Position numbers and translations under genes: made by a program. The notes under the pieces were generated by a model. It was not told the origin of the DNA. It ran no database searches and worked only from the letters and a program-made list of their open reading frames with translations. This document shows, in pieces, positions 10,080 to 20,216 of a DNA stretch of 49,610 nt (position 1 is its first letter; the number at the start of each line of letters is the position of its first letter). Source of the stretch: Candidatus Kapaibacterium sp. (GTDB lineage Bacteria; Bacteroidota; Ignavibacteria; Kapaibacteriales; UBA2268); assembly GCA_937936035.1 (NCBI GenBank), contig CALGXJ010000128.1, positions 1 through 49,610 on the forward strand, in the 5' to 3' direction.

Positions 10080-10127
10080 GATATTTACAAAGATATTTAC
10101 AATAAGTAATGATATTTACAATAAGTA
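10080..10127. repeat. Three direct copies of GATATTTACAA (two extend to the 17-mer GATATTTACAATAAGTA) in the rpmH/comB divergent intergenic region
   Basis: Copies at 10080-10090, 10092-10108 and 10111-10127, read directly from the sequence. Confidence 0.8.
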
Positions 10128-10221
10128 TAATTAAAAAAATATAATCATTCAAAAATTTACATAATTCAGAAAAAATACTTAAATTTAAATTATTTGTAAA
10201 ATATAATGGCTCGGATAGTTT

Positions 10222-10983
10222 ATGATTATTGATGCATTTTTGGTGCCAACCGCCATAAACGAGGACACATATTTTTCGAATTCTGTTGTGATAATGATTG
10301 ATGTTCTGAGGGCAAGCACAACAATTGTTACGGCTCTTAGCAACAATGCCCGCGAAATTATTATCACAGATACAACCGAAAAAGCAGTAAAGCTATACAA
10401 CACCATTGACAGGCAAAATGCAATTCTTGCAGGCGAACGCAACGGAATGAAGCCCGATGGATTTGGCGCCGGCAACTCCCCGACAGAGTTCACAAGGGAA
10501 AAAGTTGAAAATAAAATAGTTATACTCACTACAACGAACGGAACGCAAATATTTACCCGTGCCAAAGAGTCGCCTTGCCGGATAGTGGCTTCGTTTGTGA
10601 ATTTGTCTGCTGTTTGCGAGTATGTGCTAAGCCGAGTTAAGAGTGACCCTTCGATGCATTCAGTAATTTTGTTTGCCGCTGGCAACAAAGGCAGAATTTC
10701 CTACGAAGACACACTTGCTGCCGGGGCGTTTGTAAGCCATTTCCACGAACAGCTTTCCTGCAAGCTAACCGATGCTGCTCATTTGGCGAAATCTATCTAC
10801 CAGATGCACAAAGACAATATCAAAGATTTTGTCAGAACTACTGAACACGCAAAATTGCTTGAAAGCTTAGGATTTGAATCCGATATTGAAATCGCCTCTA
10901 CGATTGACCTTTATCGGATAATTCCGTATATCGAGGGCAATAGTATCAAAATTTTGAAAGCAACAGAGGTAAAAAATGGCTGA
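10222..10983 (+). CDS. comB: 2-phosphosulfolactate phosphatase (ComB) family protein
   Basis: 253 aa. Motifs VIMIDVLRASTTIVTAL and ILAGERNG..P.GF..GNSP are typical of the ComB family. Confidence 0.8.
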   Translation: MIIDAFLVPTAINEDTYFSNSVVIMIDVLRASTTIVTALSNNAREIIITDTTEKAVKLYNTIDRQNAILAGERNGMKPDGFGAGNSPTEFTREKVENKIVILTTTNGTQIFTRAKESPCRIVASFVNLSAVCEYVLSRVKSDPSMHSVILFAAGNKGRISYEDTLAAGAFVSHFHEQLSCKLTDAAHLAKSIYQMHKDNIKDFVRTTEHAKLLESLGFESDIEIASTIDLYRIIPYIEGNSIKILKATEVKNG

Positions 10984-13903
10984 AAGCAACGACGAAATAG
11001 TGATTAAACGCAGCAGCAAAAGGGAAAAGCCCAAACAGAATTCAGAGAAATCGCCCAAGGAAATGAATTTTTCCCTTTACTCACGAATTTTTGCTGTGCT
11101 GCTGATGATTTTTTCTGTTTTGTTGTTTCTTTCGATTATTTCTTACACTCAAAAAGATGAACTAAATGCAAAAATAACGCTTTCCGAGCTTCTGACGATT
11201 TTTTCGTCGGATTCGATGATACGCATAAAAGCAGAAACTACGCAAAACTGGCTTGGGCTTACCGGTGCAGTGCTCTCGGACTTGATGATAAATGGCACTA
11301 TCGGCTATATTATAGTTCTATTGCCTGTGTTTCTTTTCGTTTGGGGGCTTAATATATATAAATCATTCGAAATTCCCGATAAACTTATACGCAACACTAT
11401 TATTTACATTTTGTTCGGGATTTCGTTTTCGTCTCTGCTCGGGGCTTTAAGAAATTTCGAAACATTTAGCACAATAAACAAAGAATGGTTGGGGGCAATT
11501 GGTTTGTTTGCCGGTTCGGTGATGTCGAAGTTGCTAAGTCCGTTTGGTGCAACCTTGTTTTTTCTGATTGCCTTGTTTTTGCTTATATATTTTGGAACAA
11601 ACATAAATTGGAAGCCGATTTTTGCTAAAGTTTGGGAAATTTCCCGGCTTATTTACAGAAAAAGCATAGCACTTTTCAGATTTCTATTTGTCAAAGTGAA
11701 AGATTTTGAAAAAATCAACAAGGAACTGCTTTCGGAAGAATTGCCACAGGATAGGCAGGAGGAAGAACCTATCGCAGAAACTGTCGAAACTGCCACTGAA
11801 AGCAAGACCACCGGGCAAACCGAAGTTCAGGAAAATATTCCTGCAACTGAGGTTAAGCAAGAGCAACCAAAACAACCTGAATTGAAAATTAATATAAAAA
11901 ATCCATATAAAGAGCAAGCTCCGCCTATTGCACCGCTTGGCCTGCGAAAAATTGACGTTGAAAGCCAGTTTGTTGATAAATCATTCTCGAAAATCAAGCA
12001 AACTGAGAGTGTCGGGCTTTCTGATCAAGAATATAAGGACAGTGAAAATCAGGTTGTCCCGCACAACGATGAAACGGTAGCAACCGAGATGGCAGAGCCG
12101 AAAGACGTTGCTGTTTCGAAGCAAACGTCAATGGAAAGCGAGCAAACTGGAACAAAAGATGAAATCAAAGAGCAAAAGATAAATGAATATTTCCCTGTCG
12201 AGGATAGCTCGGAACTTCCGGAAATTGACGAGGCACTGATTGTAAAGCCCAAAACGGCAAAACCTTTGCAGGAGGATATAGACGAAGCCGTTATCCGTCC
12301 GAAACCAGTTGAAATCAAGCCAACTGCACAAGACAAGCCGAGGCCCTTGATCATCGAGGTGGAAGAGCCCGCACCCGAAGACGAACCTGTTTTGAACACT
12401 CCGCTTGGGGTTGCAATTCACGACGAGGAAATCAGATATGTTCCTCCAAGCGTGCAACTTCTCGATACCAGCGCCGAAGAAATCAGAGTAAGCGACGAAG
12501 AGCTGCGAATGAACGCAAAAATTTTGCAGGAGAAGCTCGAAACATTCAAAATTTACATAGAAAATTTAACTGTAACACCGGGACCGGTTGTAACGCAATA
12601 TGAATTTGTTCCGGCGGCTGGAATTAAAATTAGCCGTATAGAAAGTCTTGCCGACGACCTTGCCATGGCATTGAAGGCTCGCGGCATAAGAATAATTGCT
12701 CCGATTCCGGGGCGTGGCACAGTCGGGGTGGAAATACCTAACCAACATCCATCCATAGTGCGTTTCAGTAACGTTGTCAATACAGCAAAATTTTACGAGT
12801 CGAAGGCACACCTGCCAATTGCCTTAGGCAAGACAATTTCGGGGGAAGTAGTTGTTGCAGACCTAACAAAGGCACCTCACCTGCTTATTGCTGGTTCGAC
12901 AGGGTCTGGAAAATCTGTTGGGATAAACACAATAATTAATTCCTTGCTTTTCAGGATGCACCCGCGGGATTTGAAATTTGTAATCATAGACCCAAAGAAA
13001 GTGGAATTGCAGCAATATAGCCGGTTGCGTTACCATTTTCTTGCGATGTCGCCTGATATTCAGGATGCAATTATTACAAATCCGCAGGATGCAGTTGCTA
13101 TACTCAAATCGACTGTCTTGGAAATGGAGAACAGATATAATATTTTGGCAATGGTTGGGCAACGCAATATTGCTGACTATAATGCGAAGGTTCGGGCGGG
13201 CGCCTATAAGCATATCAAGGATTTCGACCATAGACCTATGCCATACATTGTTGTAGTAGTCGATGAACTGGCAGACCTGATGCTGACAGCATCACGCGAA
13301 GTCGAGGAGCCGATAATTCGACTTGCGCAAATGGCGCGAGCCGTTGGAATTCATCTGATTATTGCTACGCAAAGACCGTCGGTAGATGTTATCACTGGGA
13401 TTATCAAAGCGAATTTCCCTGCCCGCATAGCTTATTTGGTTGCTTCGAAAATAGATAGCCGCACAATACTTGATATTTCGGGAGCCGAACAGTTACTTGG
13501 CAATGGCGATATGCTGTTTTTGCCGAGCGGCTCGCCAAAACCGATAAGAATACAAAATGCTTTTATTTCGACCGACGAAGTAGAAAATGTATGCAATTTT
13601 ATAGGGAAGCAGTCGGGATATAGCAAACCGTATATGTTGCCGAGTTTGCTGGAAGACAAGTCGTCGTCCGGAAGTATTGCGGCAGAGGATCGCGACCCGC
13701 TTTTCGAGGAAGCAGCGCGACTTGTTGTGCAGTTGCAACAGGCGTCGGTGTCGCTTATCCAGAGGCGTCTGAAAGTGGGCTATGCACGCGCCGGAAGAAT
13801 TATCGACGAATTGGAAGATGCTGGAATAGTTGGTCCGAACGAAGGTAGCAAAGCGCGAACAGTTCTGCTCGAAAGTGAAGCAGAATTAGAAAGAATTTTG
13901 TAA
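10976..13903 (+). CDS. ftsK: DNA translocase FtsK/SpoIIIE
   Basis: 975 aa. N-terminal TM helices, an acidic/proline-rich linker, a Walker A motif (IAGSTGSGKSVGIN), a Walker B motif (YIVVVVDELADLM) and a C-terminal winged-helix gamma domain (SVSLIQRRLKVGYARAGRIIDELEDAGIVG). Overlaps the comB stop by 8 nt. Confidence 0.95.
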   Translation: MAESNDEIVIKRSSKREKPKQNSEKSPKEMNFSLYSRIFAVLLMIFSVLLFLSIISYTQKDELNAKITLSELLTIFSSDSMIRIKAETTQNWLGLTGAVLSDLMINGTIGYIIVLLPVFLFVWGLNIYKSFEIPDKLIRNTIIYILFGISFSSLLGALRNFETFSTINKEWLGAIGLFAGSVMSKLLSPFGATLFFLIALFLLIYFGTNINWKPIFAKVWEISRLIYRKSIALFRFLFVKVKDFEKINKELLSEELPQDRQEEEPIAETVETATESKTTGQTEVQENIPATEVKQEQPKQPELKINIKNPYKEQAPPIAPLGLRKIDVESQFVDKSFSKIKQTESVGLSDQEYKDSENQVVPHNDETVATEMAEPKDVAVSKQTSMESEQTGTKDEIKEQKINEYFPVEDSSELPEIDEALIVKPKTAKPLQEDIDEAVIRPKPVEIKPTAQDKPRPLIIEVEEPAPEDEPVLNTPLGVAIHDEEIRYVPPSVQLLDTSAEEIRVSDEELRMNAKILQEKLETFKIYIENLTVTPGPVVTQYEFVPAAGIKISRIESLADDLAMALKARGIRIIAPIPGRGTVGVEIPNQHPSIVRFSNVVNTAKFYESKAHLPIALGKTISGEVVVADLTKAPHLLIAGSTGSGKSVGINTIINSLLFRMHPRDLKFVIIDPKKVELQQYSRLRYHFLAMSPDIQDAIITNPQDAVAILKSTVLEMENRYNILAMVGQRNIADYNAKVRAGAYKHIKDFDHRPMPYIVVVVDELADLMLTASREVEEPIIRLAQMARAVGIHLIIATQRPSVDVITGIIKANFPARIAYLVASKIDSRTILDISGAEQLLGNGDMLFLPSGSPKPIRIQNAFISTDEVENVCNFIGKQSGYSKPYMLPSLLEDKSSSGSIAAEDRDPLFEEAARLVVQLQQASVSLIQRRLKVGYARAGRIIDELEDAGIVGPNEGSKARTVLLESEAELERIL

Positions 13904-14155
13904 CTAATAATGCTGGTGCTGAATATTAATTATTTTATGAAAAGTATTTATAGATATTAGGAATTGTAAAAATATTAGAAAATAATCACTTTCGGGATAA
14001 TTCATTGAATTTCCACTAAATACGTTTCTTTTTCATTTATAGATTTCGCAGTATTTTTCGGTTTAGGAATATTTATGCAATATTTTTTTGAAAACTCATT
14101 TAATTAAACTAATTTTGTGTTTTGTATAAACATAATTATTATATGGAGTTAAATT

Positions 14156-15496
14156 ATGCCTTTCATTCCTAATACTGATAAAGAGCGTCAGGAAATGCTC
14201 GAACGTATTGGTGTAAAGAATTTCGACGAACTTATTGCAGCAATTCCAGAAGAACTCAGATTAAATAAAGAACTTAATCTTCCAGTGGCAATGTCCGAAT
14301 TCGAAGTTGTAAAGATGATGAGCGAATATGCGAACCAAAATGTTACAACTTCATCACATATATGTTTTATGGGTGGCGGTAGCTACGACCATTTTATCCC
14401 GTCCATAGTCGGAGCAGTTATTGAGCGTCCTGAGTTCAAAACAGCCTACACACCATATCAGGCAGAAGTTTCGCAGGGAACGCTGCAAGCTATGTATGAA
14501 TATCAGTCTATGATATGTGCTCTTACCGGGATGGATGTTGCTAACGCATCGATGTATGACGGCTCTACTGCTCTTGCCGAAGCCTGTATGATGGCAAACG
14601 TCCATAACCGCAGAACAGAGTTTGTTTATGCCGGCACAGTCAATCCTAATTACAGACGTGTTGTTGATACAATTACCGCTGGCAAGAACTTTACTTTCCA
14701 TCAGGCAAAACTCGAAGACGGCACCTGCGATCTTGAAAAACTCCGCTCGCTTGTTACCGACAAAACTTCTGCTGTAATTGTTCAGCAACCAAATGCTTAT
14801 GGCAATTTGGAAGATGTATTCGAAATTGAAAAAATAGCTCACGAAAAGAAAGCACTGTTTATTACAGTGATAAATCCAATATCTTTGGGCGTACTTGCTG
14901 CGCCGGGTGATTACAATGCCGATATAGCAGTTGGCGAAGGGCAACCGCTTGGTATACCATTAAATTTTGGTGGACCGTATCTTGGGATTTTTGCCTGCAA
15001 AAATGAATTTATCCGCAAAATGCCCGGCAGAATTGCGGGTATAACAGAGGATTTGGAAGGCAGGCGCGGATTTGTGCTGACGCTTCAAACTCGCGAGCAG
15101 CAAATCAAGCGCGAAAAGGCAACTTCAAACATTTGCTCTAATCAAGGTTTGTTTATGCTTGCTGCAACTGTTTATATGGCAGCAATGGGCAAGCAAGGTA
15201 TAAAAGAAGTTGCAGAACAATCTATGCAGAAAGCTCACTATTTAGCTGATCAAATCAAAAAAATCAAGGGCTTCAGATTGTTGAACGATAAGCCATTCTT
15301 CAATGAATTCTTGGTTGTGCCTCCAGTGCCTGCTTCGCAAATTATTGAAGAAGCTTCGAAAGTTGCAATTATGCCCGGAATAGACACAAGCCGTTTCCCG
15401 GAATGCAATCAGGGGTTGCTTGTTGCTGTAACTGAAAAACGCACAATCGAAGAAATGAATAAATTTGTCGGATTTTTGCAAAAATTTGCAAAATAA
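14156..15496 (+). CDS. gcvPA: Glycine dehydrogenase (aminomethyl-transferring) subunit 1
   Basis: 446 aa. MPFIPNTDKERQEMLERIGV start and YTPYQAEVSQGTLQAMYEYQSMIC motif are characteristic of the split P-protein N-terminal subunit. Confidence 0.9.
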   Translation: MPFIPNTDKERQEMLERIGVKNFDELIAAIPEELRLNKELNLPVAMSEFEVVKMMSEYANQNVTTSSHICFMGGGSYDHFIPSIVGAVIERPEFKTAYTPYQAEVSQGTLQAMYEYQSMICALTGMDVANASMYDGSTALAEACMMANVHNRRTEFVYAGTVNPNYRRVVDTITAGKNFTFHQAKLEDGTCDLEKLRSLVTDKTSAVIVQQPNAYGNLEDVFEIEKIAHEKKALFITVINPISLGVLAAPGDYNADIAVGEGQPLGIPLNFGGPYLGIFACKNEFIRKMPGRIAGITEDLEGRRGFVLTLQTREQQIKREKATSNICSNQGLFMLAATVYMAAMGKQGIKEVAEQSMQKAHYLADQIKKIKGFRLLNDKPFFNEFLVVPPVPASQIIEEASKVAIMPGIDTSRFPECNQGLLVAVTEKRTIEEMNKFVGFLQKFAK

Positions 15497-15498
15497 TA

Positions 15499-15810
15499 AT
15501 GTCGGACGAAGAAAAACAAACGCGGAGCAATGCCAGAAAGCGAAAATATACTTTCTGGCTTGTTTTGCTTTTAGTATTACTACTTGTTGTTTTTTCGGAT
15601 TCAGGGCTTTATAAGCGTTTCCAACTTGAATTAGAAAAAACTGAAATGATTGAAAAAATTGAAAATGAAATGAAGCGAAAAGATTCGCTAAATACAAGAA
15701 TTAAGCGATTGCTCTACGATACAACCGAAATTGAGCAGATTGCCCGCGAAAAATACGGTATGACCAAACCAAATGAAGAAGTGATTATTATCGAAAGAGA
15801 GAAAAAATAA
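15499..15810 (+). CDS. ftsB: Septum formation initiator (FtsB/DivIC family)
   Basis: 103 aa. One TM, a coiled coil, then the IEQIAREKYGMTKPNEEVIII motif typical of FtsB/DivIC. Confidence 0.75.
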   Translation: MSDEEKQTRSNARKRKYTFWLVLLLVLLLVVFSDSGLYKRFQLELEKTEMIEKIENEMKRKDSLNTRIKRLLYDTTEIEQIAREKYGMTKPNEEVIIIEREKK

Positions 15811-16748
15811 TGTATCTTGGTATAGATATTGGCGGAACAAGCATAAAGTCGGCAATATTGGATGGCGAAAGTCTCGTTGACCGGCGAACTATCCCGACAG
15901 AAGCCGACCAGGGCGTTGCGAACGTATTGATCAAATTAAGAACGCTTCTCAGGGAATATTTCGAGGAATACCCGAAAATTAAAGCCGTTGGGGTTGGTGT
16001 GCCCGGAATAGTTGATCCGATGGGCAATGTGCTTGTTTCTCCGAATTTCCCTGACTGGCAAAATATTCCGTTGCTTAAATTTTTGCGAAACTATTCGGAT
16101 GTGCCGCTGGCAGTGGAAAACGATGCTAATGCAGCTGCACTTGCCGAAATGCTTGAAGGGGCTGGCAGAGACCGTGATACATTTATCTATGTTACGCTTG
16201 GAACAGGTGTTGGCGGTGCGATAATTTATCGTGGGGAACTGTTTCGGGGTAGCAGCAGCGGAGCAGGCGAGATTGGGCACACTATCATCGATTATAATTG
16301 CCGCACAAAAACACGTTTCAAGTATCAGCAAGGCACGCTCGAAGCATTTTTAGGGAAAAATTCATTGATTTTGCTCGCAAAAGATGAAGCCGCAAAAGAC
16401 ACAGGCTCGAAATTGAATGCAAAAGACAATTTTGATGTTGCCGATATTTACAGATTTGCTCTCGAAGGCGACCCGGCAAGCAGAAAAGTGCTCCAAAAAG
16501 CAGGAGAAATCTTAGGTTTTGGCTTGTCGAGTGCGATGAATTTGCTGGATATAAGCACTGTTATTGTTGGTGGCGGAGTTGCAAACGCAGGGGAGATGAT
16601 ATTCGATAGTGCAAGAAAAGCGATGCGCGGGCACTTGCTTCCACCGCTGGCGGAGCAGTTTGAACTGCGAACTGCTCGGTATCTGAGCGATACCGGAGTT
16701 CGCGGGGCAGCATTGCTTGGAAAATCTCTAATTGAAAATGATTTTTGA
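15810..16748 (+). CDS. ROK family sugar kinase (glucokinase-like)
   Basis: 312 aa. Has MYLGIDIGGTSIK ATP-binding start, VENDANAAALAE, and GTGVGGAII...GEIGH ROK signatures. The start overlaps the ftsB stop (TAATG). Confidence 0.85.
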   Translation: MYLGIDIGGTSIKSAILDGESLVDRRTIPTEADQGVANVLIKLRTLLREYFEEYPKIKAVGVGVPGIVDPMGNVLVSPNFPDWQNIPLLKFLRNYSDVPLAVENDANAAALAEMLEGAGRDRDTFIYVTLGTGVGGAIIYRGELFRGSSSGAGEIGHTIIDYNCRTKTRFKYQQGTLEAFLGKNSLILLAKDEAAKDTGSKLNAKDNFDVADIYRFALEGDPASRKVLQKAGEILGFGLSSAMNLLDISTVIVGGGVANAGEMIFDSARKAMRGHLLPPLAEQFELRTARYLSDTGVRGAALLGKSLIENDF

Positions 16749-16792
16749 TATATTTTTAATTATAAATTATGAATTAATATTTGGAGGTTAAA

Positions 16793-17170
16793 ATGAAAGA
16801 AGTTGTATTTTCGAAAGAAGCACCGGCACCGATTGGTCCTTACTCACAAGCAATAAAAGCCGAAGGTAAATTTTTGTTCATTTCCGGTCAAATTCCATTT
16901 ACTGCGGAAGGCAATTTAGCAGGCGATGATATTAAAACTCAAACTCATCAGGCAATAAAAAACATTATTGCTATTTTAAAAGAGGCTGGGCTTACTGTTA
17001 ATAATGTAGTTAAAACAACAGTTCTGCTAAAGGATATGAATGATTTTGCTGTGATGAACGAGATTTATAATGAATACTTTGGCGATAGCAAGCCAGCTCG
17101 TGCTGCTTTTCAGGTGACTCGTTTGCCAAAAGATGTATTGATTGAAATTGAAGCTATTGCTGTATTCTAA
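16793..17170 (+). CDS. ridA: RidA/YjgF family reactive-intermediate deaminase
   Basis: 125 aa from the ATG preceded by GGAGG. Motifs [12 protein letters not shown] and ...[20 protein letters not shown] are typical of RidA. Confidence 0.9.
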   Translation: MKEVVFSKEAPAPIGPYSQAIKAEGKFLFISGQIPFTAEGNLAGDDIKTQTHQAIKNIIAILKEAGLTVNNVVKTTVLLKDMNDFAVMNEIYNEYFGDSKPARAAFQVTRLPKDVLIEIEAIAVF

Positions 17171-17274
17171 TATATTTTTTGCAGAGAGCTTGCGTGTTTT
17201 TCTGCTCAAGCAGGTGGAAAAACAAACCTCTCTGTAAAAATATCATTTTAGTTCCTGAAACACTTCTCTTCAAT

Positions 17275-17994
17275 ATGGAAATTATAAACAATATTGGTAG
17301 TTTATTATCAAAATTTGCTTTATCAGGCAGAAACTTGCTATTTCCGGAGCATTGTTATGTATGCGGAGAAAAGATTACGGGTGATTTCGGGCAGATTGTC
17401 TGCCTAAGGTGCCGGGCGTCGGTGCCGGTGCCGGAAAGTAGTGAGCAAACAATAAACAGGCTAGCAGAAATTCACGGATTTGACAATTTAAATTTTATCG
17501 ATGCTTTTTGTTTGTTTTCCACGAGTGATGAATTTCCGTTCGAGCGATTAATCTATGCTTTGAAATACGGAGGCGTAACAAAGATTGGGCAGGCGTTCGG
17601 CACGATGCTGGGGGAATTGGTAAAGCAGAGTACCCGTGTGAAATACGATTTTGTTGTGCCGGTGCCAATTCACCAGGCAAAGAAGCGGGAGCGAGGATAC
17701 AATCAATCGGTTTATATTGCAAAAGCAGTATCCGAAGCGATAGGAAGCAATCTGGAATTGGAGTTAGCCCGACGAAAAGAATATACGTTTTCGCAAACTA
17801 AGTTGAGTGCTAGGGATAGAATTTTCAACGTCAGAAATATTTTCGAAGTTGTTCAAGCAGAAAAAGTAAAGAACAAAGTGGTATTGTTAGTGGATGATGT
17901 TCTTACAACCGGCTCGACTTTAAATTCACTTGCGGGAGCTTTTCTCGATGCCGGTGCACGGCGAATAGATGTAGCTGCATTGATGAGAGCGTAA
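17275..17994 (+). CDS. comF: ComF family protein (zinc finger plus phosphoribosyltransferase domain)
   Basis: 239 aa from the internal Met at 17275. Has CxxC...CxxC (CYVCGEKI...CLRCRA), RGYNQS, and the VLLVDDVLTTGST PRTase motif. Confidence 0.85.
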   Translation: MEIINNIGSLLSKFALSGRNLLFPEHCYVCGEKITGDFGQIVCLRCRASVPVPESSEQTINRLAEIHGFDNLNFIDAFCLFSTSDEFPFERLIYALKYGGVTKIGQAFGTMLGELVKQSTRVKYDFVVPVPIHQAKKRERGYNQSVYIAKAVSEAIGSNLELELARRKEYTFSQTKLSARDRIFNVRNIFEVVQAEKVKNKVVLLVDDVLTTGSTLNSLAGAFLDAGARRIDVAALMRA

Positions 17995-18083
17995 AAATTG
18001 TTTCTTATGTTTATGATTTTTTGATAAGTTTAAAGTTTGAAAAGAATGCAATTTGACTATTTTTAATAATAATTGGGGTTAAT

Positions 18084-18758
18084 ATGATTAGAAAAACGAT
18101 TTTATTGTTGGCAGTTGTTGGGGTTATTTTGAGTGCCTGCACAAAGCAGGAATTTACGAATGCAAATGTAATGAGAGAAAAAATTACTTTGCACAATTTG
18201 CCTGAAATTGCTGAAAAAGTGAAAGCAGAACCTGCTTTGACAAAGGAAGAAGTGGAATTGTTTGCAAACGGGCTTGTTCGCTTAGGGGTTAATAAAGATT
18301 CAGTAGTTGGGAAAACAGTGCTTGATATAATAAAGTCGCAAAAAGAATATGTTATGCAACAATCAAAAACTTTTTGCGAGGCAACAGCAAAACGGGTTGA
18401 TTTAGCAATAAATCACAGGTTTGTATATGTTGGCTATCAGCCGCTCGAAAAGGACGGGCAGCAGCTTAATGTAATAATATTCGAAATAACTAATGTTTCA
18501 GATAAAGAGATACGCGTTGTAAAAGGCGAGTTAGATTTCTACACACCAGAAAACGCATTGCTTAAAGCATATAATTTAGCAAGCGACCGCCCAATCAAAG
18601 CAGGAGAAACTCAGCGCTTTGCAATGCCGTTTGTTCACGAAAGCACAAACCAAAGAGATGAAATTTTCCGCAATTCGAAGAATTTGAGAGCTATTTGGGT
18701 GCCATTGAGCATTGAGTTTTCGGATGGCAGCAAAAAAGAAGTGTTAGTGCAAAAGTAA
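18084..18758 (+). CDS. Lipoprotein of unknown function
   Basis: 224 aa. Signal peptide with lipobox (LLAVVGVILSAC). No recognisable domain. Confidence 0.65.
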   Translation: MIRKTILLLAVVGVILSACTKQEFTNANVMREKITLHNLPEIAEKVKAEPALTKEEVELFANGLVRLGVNKDSVVGKTVLDIIKSQKEYVMQQSKTFCEATAKRVDLAINHRFVYVGYQPLEKDGQQLNVIIFEITNVSDKEIRVVKGELDFYTPENALLKAYNLASDRPIKAGETQRFAMPFVHESTNQRDEIFRNSKNLRAIWVPLSIEFSDGSKKEVLVQK

Positions 18759-18777
18759 AAAAACGATAGAATTTTAG

Positions 18778-18817
18778 AAACAAGGCTGCCTGTGAGCATA
18801 CACAAGCAGCCTTGTTT
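18778..18817. terminator. Bidirectional terminator between the convergent lipoprotein gene and mgtE
   Basis: Perfect 12-bp stem AAACAAGGCTGC / GCAGCCTTGTTT with a 16-nt loop. Lies between the two stop codons. Confidence 0.75.
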
Positions 18818-18836
18818 ATTATGTTCAATTTTGTTG

Positions 18837-20216
18837 CTAAATTCCGAGTAAAAGTTTAGCGGTTGAGAAGTAAATCAAAAGTCCTGTTATATCAACGATA
18901 GTTGTAAGTGCCGGGCTTGCAACAACGGCGGGGTCGAGCTTGAGCTTAGTTGCAACAAGCGGGAGCATAGCACCGATTAAAGTAGAGGTAACTACTTGCA
19001 GTGAGAGAGCAATAGCAATAACAATACTTACCTGCTGAAGCGAGAAATTCAGAGGCATTTCCGAATTGGACGAGAGGAATACTACTTTTATCCAGGATAG
19101 AATACCTAATGCTAATGCAAGAAGAAGAGATATTCTGAATTCTTTCCAGATGACCTTGAAAAAATCACGGAAGGTAACTTCGCCGAGAGCCAAGGCACGC
19201 ACTACCACAGTAGCGGACTGACTGCCGACGTTGCCGCCGGTATCTGCAACCATTGGCATATAAAGAGCCAAAATCATCAAGTTCATTAAAGTATTTTCGA
19301 ATGAATGAATGATCATACCGGAAACTAATCCGATAGCAGCAAGGGACACAACCCAGACGGCTCTGTTTTTAAAGTGAGTGAAAACAGGGGTTTTGTTGTA
19401 GGCAGCGGCATCGTGGGCACCAGCGATAGCCATGAACTTTTCAAGGTCTTCTGTTTGTTCTTGTGTGATGATGTCGATAGCGTCGTCGTGAGTAACTATA
19501 CCGACCAATACATTGTTCCCATTGACGACGGGGATAGCGATTAAGTCGTATTTCTGGATTTTGCGGGCAACTTTTTCCTGGTCTTCGTCTATTGTAACGT
19601 AGATAACGTCTTTTTTCATAATGTCTTTAATTCGGGTGTTTGGGTGAGCCATAATCAAATCAGCAAGAGATACGAATCCTATAAGTTGCCGTCTTTCGTT
19701 TATAACATAAATATAGAATATAGTTTCTTTTTGCGAAGCCTCTAACCGGATACGGCGGATTGCATCATCAACGGTGATATTGTCCGGGATAGCGACATAT
19801 TCCGAAGTCATAACGGAGCCGGCACTTCCCTCGGGATATTCGGCAAGGCGGCGAATGTCCTCGCGTTCAGCTTGTGCGAGTAAGGGAAGGATTAATTCCT
19901 GCTTTTCTTCGGGGAAGCGTTTGAAAAGGTCTACACGGTCGTCGGAGGACATTTCGGTGAGCAGATCAACAAGTTTGCTACGTTCGATGATTTCAGCAAT
20001 ATCGACCTGCATTTGCAGATCCAAAAAGCTGAAGATTTCGGCGCGGCGTTGCTTGTCGAAGAGTTCAATTATTTGCCAGGCTTCTTGTGGATCGAGGGCG
20101 GAAATTTGTTCAGCAATTTCAGCGGAGTGCGAGTCGTAGAAAATTTCTTTGATTACATCGAATTCCTTAGCTTCGATAAGTTCTTTGAGCTCGGGAAGAA
20201 TGATGATGTTTTGCAT
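18837..20216 (-). CDS. mgtE: Magnesium transporter MgtE
   Basis: 459 aa. N-domain, tandem CBS domains and a five-TM C-terminal channel. PEGSAGSVMTSEY and MPMVADTGGNVGSQS motifs are typical of MgtE. Confidence 0.92.
   Translation of the reverse strand: MQNIIILPELKELIEAKEFDVIKEIFYDSHSAEIAEQISALDPQEAWQIIELFDKQRRAEIFSFLDLQMQVDIAEIIERSKLVDLLTEMSSDDRVDLFKRFPEEKQELILPLLAQAEREDIRRLAEYPEGSAGSVMTSEYVAIPDNITVDDAIRRIRLEASQKETIFYIYVINERRQLIGFVSLADLIMAHPNTRIKDIMKKDVIYVTIDEDQEKVARKIQKYDLIAIPVVNGNNVLVGIVTHDDAIDIITQEQTEDLEKFMAIAGAHDAAAYNKTPVFTHFKNRAVWVVSLAAIGLVSGMIIHSFENTLMNLMILALYMPMVADTGGNVGSQSATVVVRALALGEVTFRDFFKVIWKEFRISLLLALALGILSWIKVVFLSSNSEMPLNFSLQQVSIVIAIALSLQVVTSTLIGAMLPLVATKLKLDPAVVASPALTTIVDITGLLIYFSTAKLLLGI

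Noticed and set aside
9926-10221. oriC / DnaA-box cluster next to rpmH
   Set aside because: No TTATCCACA-like 9-mers were seen. The repeated motif GATATTTACAA is not DnaA-box-like, and dnaA is not adjacent.
13904-14155. Glycine riboswitch upstream of gcvPA
   Set aside because: The region is very AT-rich and lacks the GGAGAG...CACCG / CUCUGGAGAG...ACCGAAGGGGCAA type cores.
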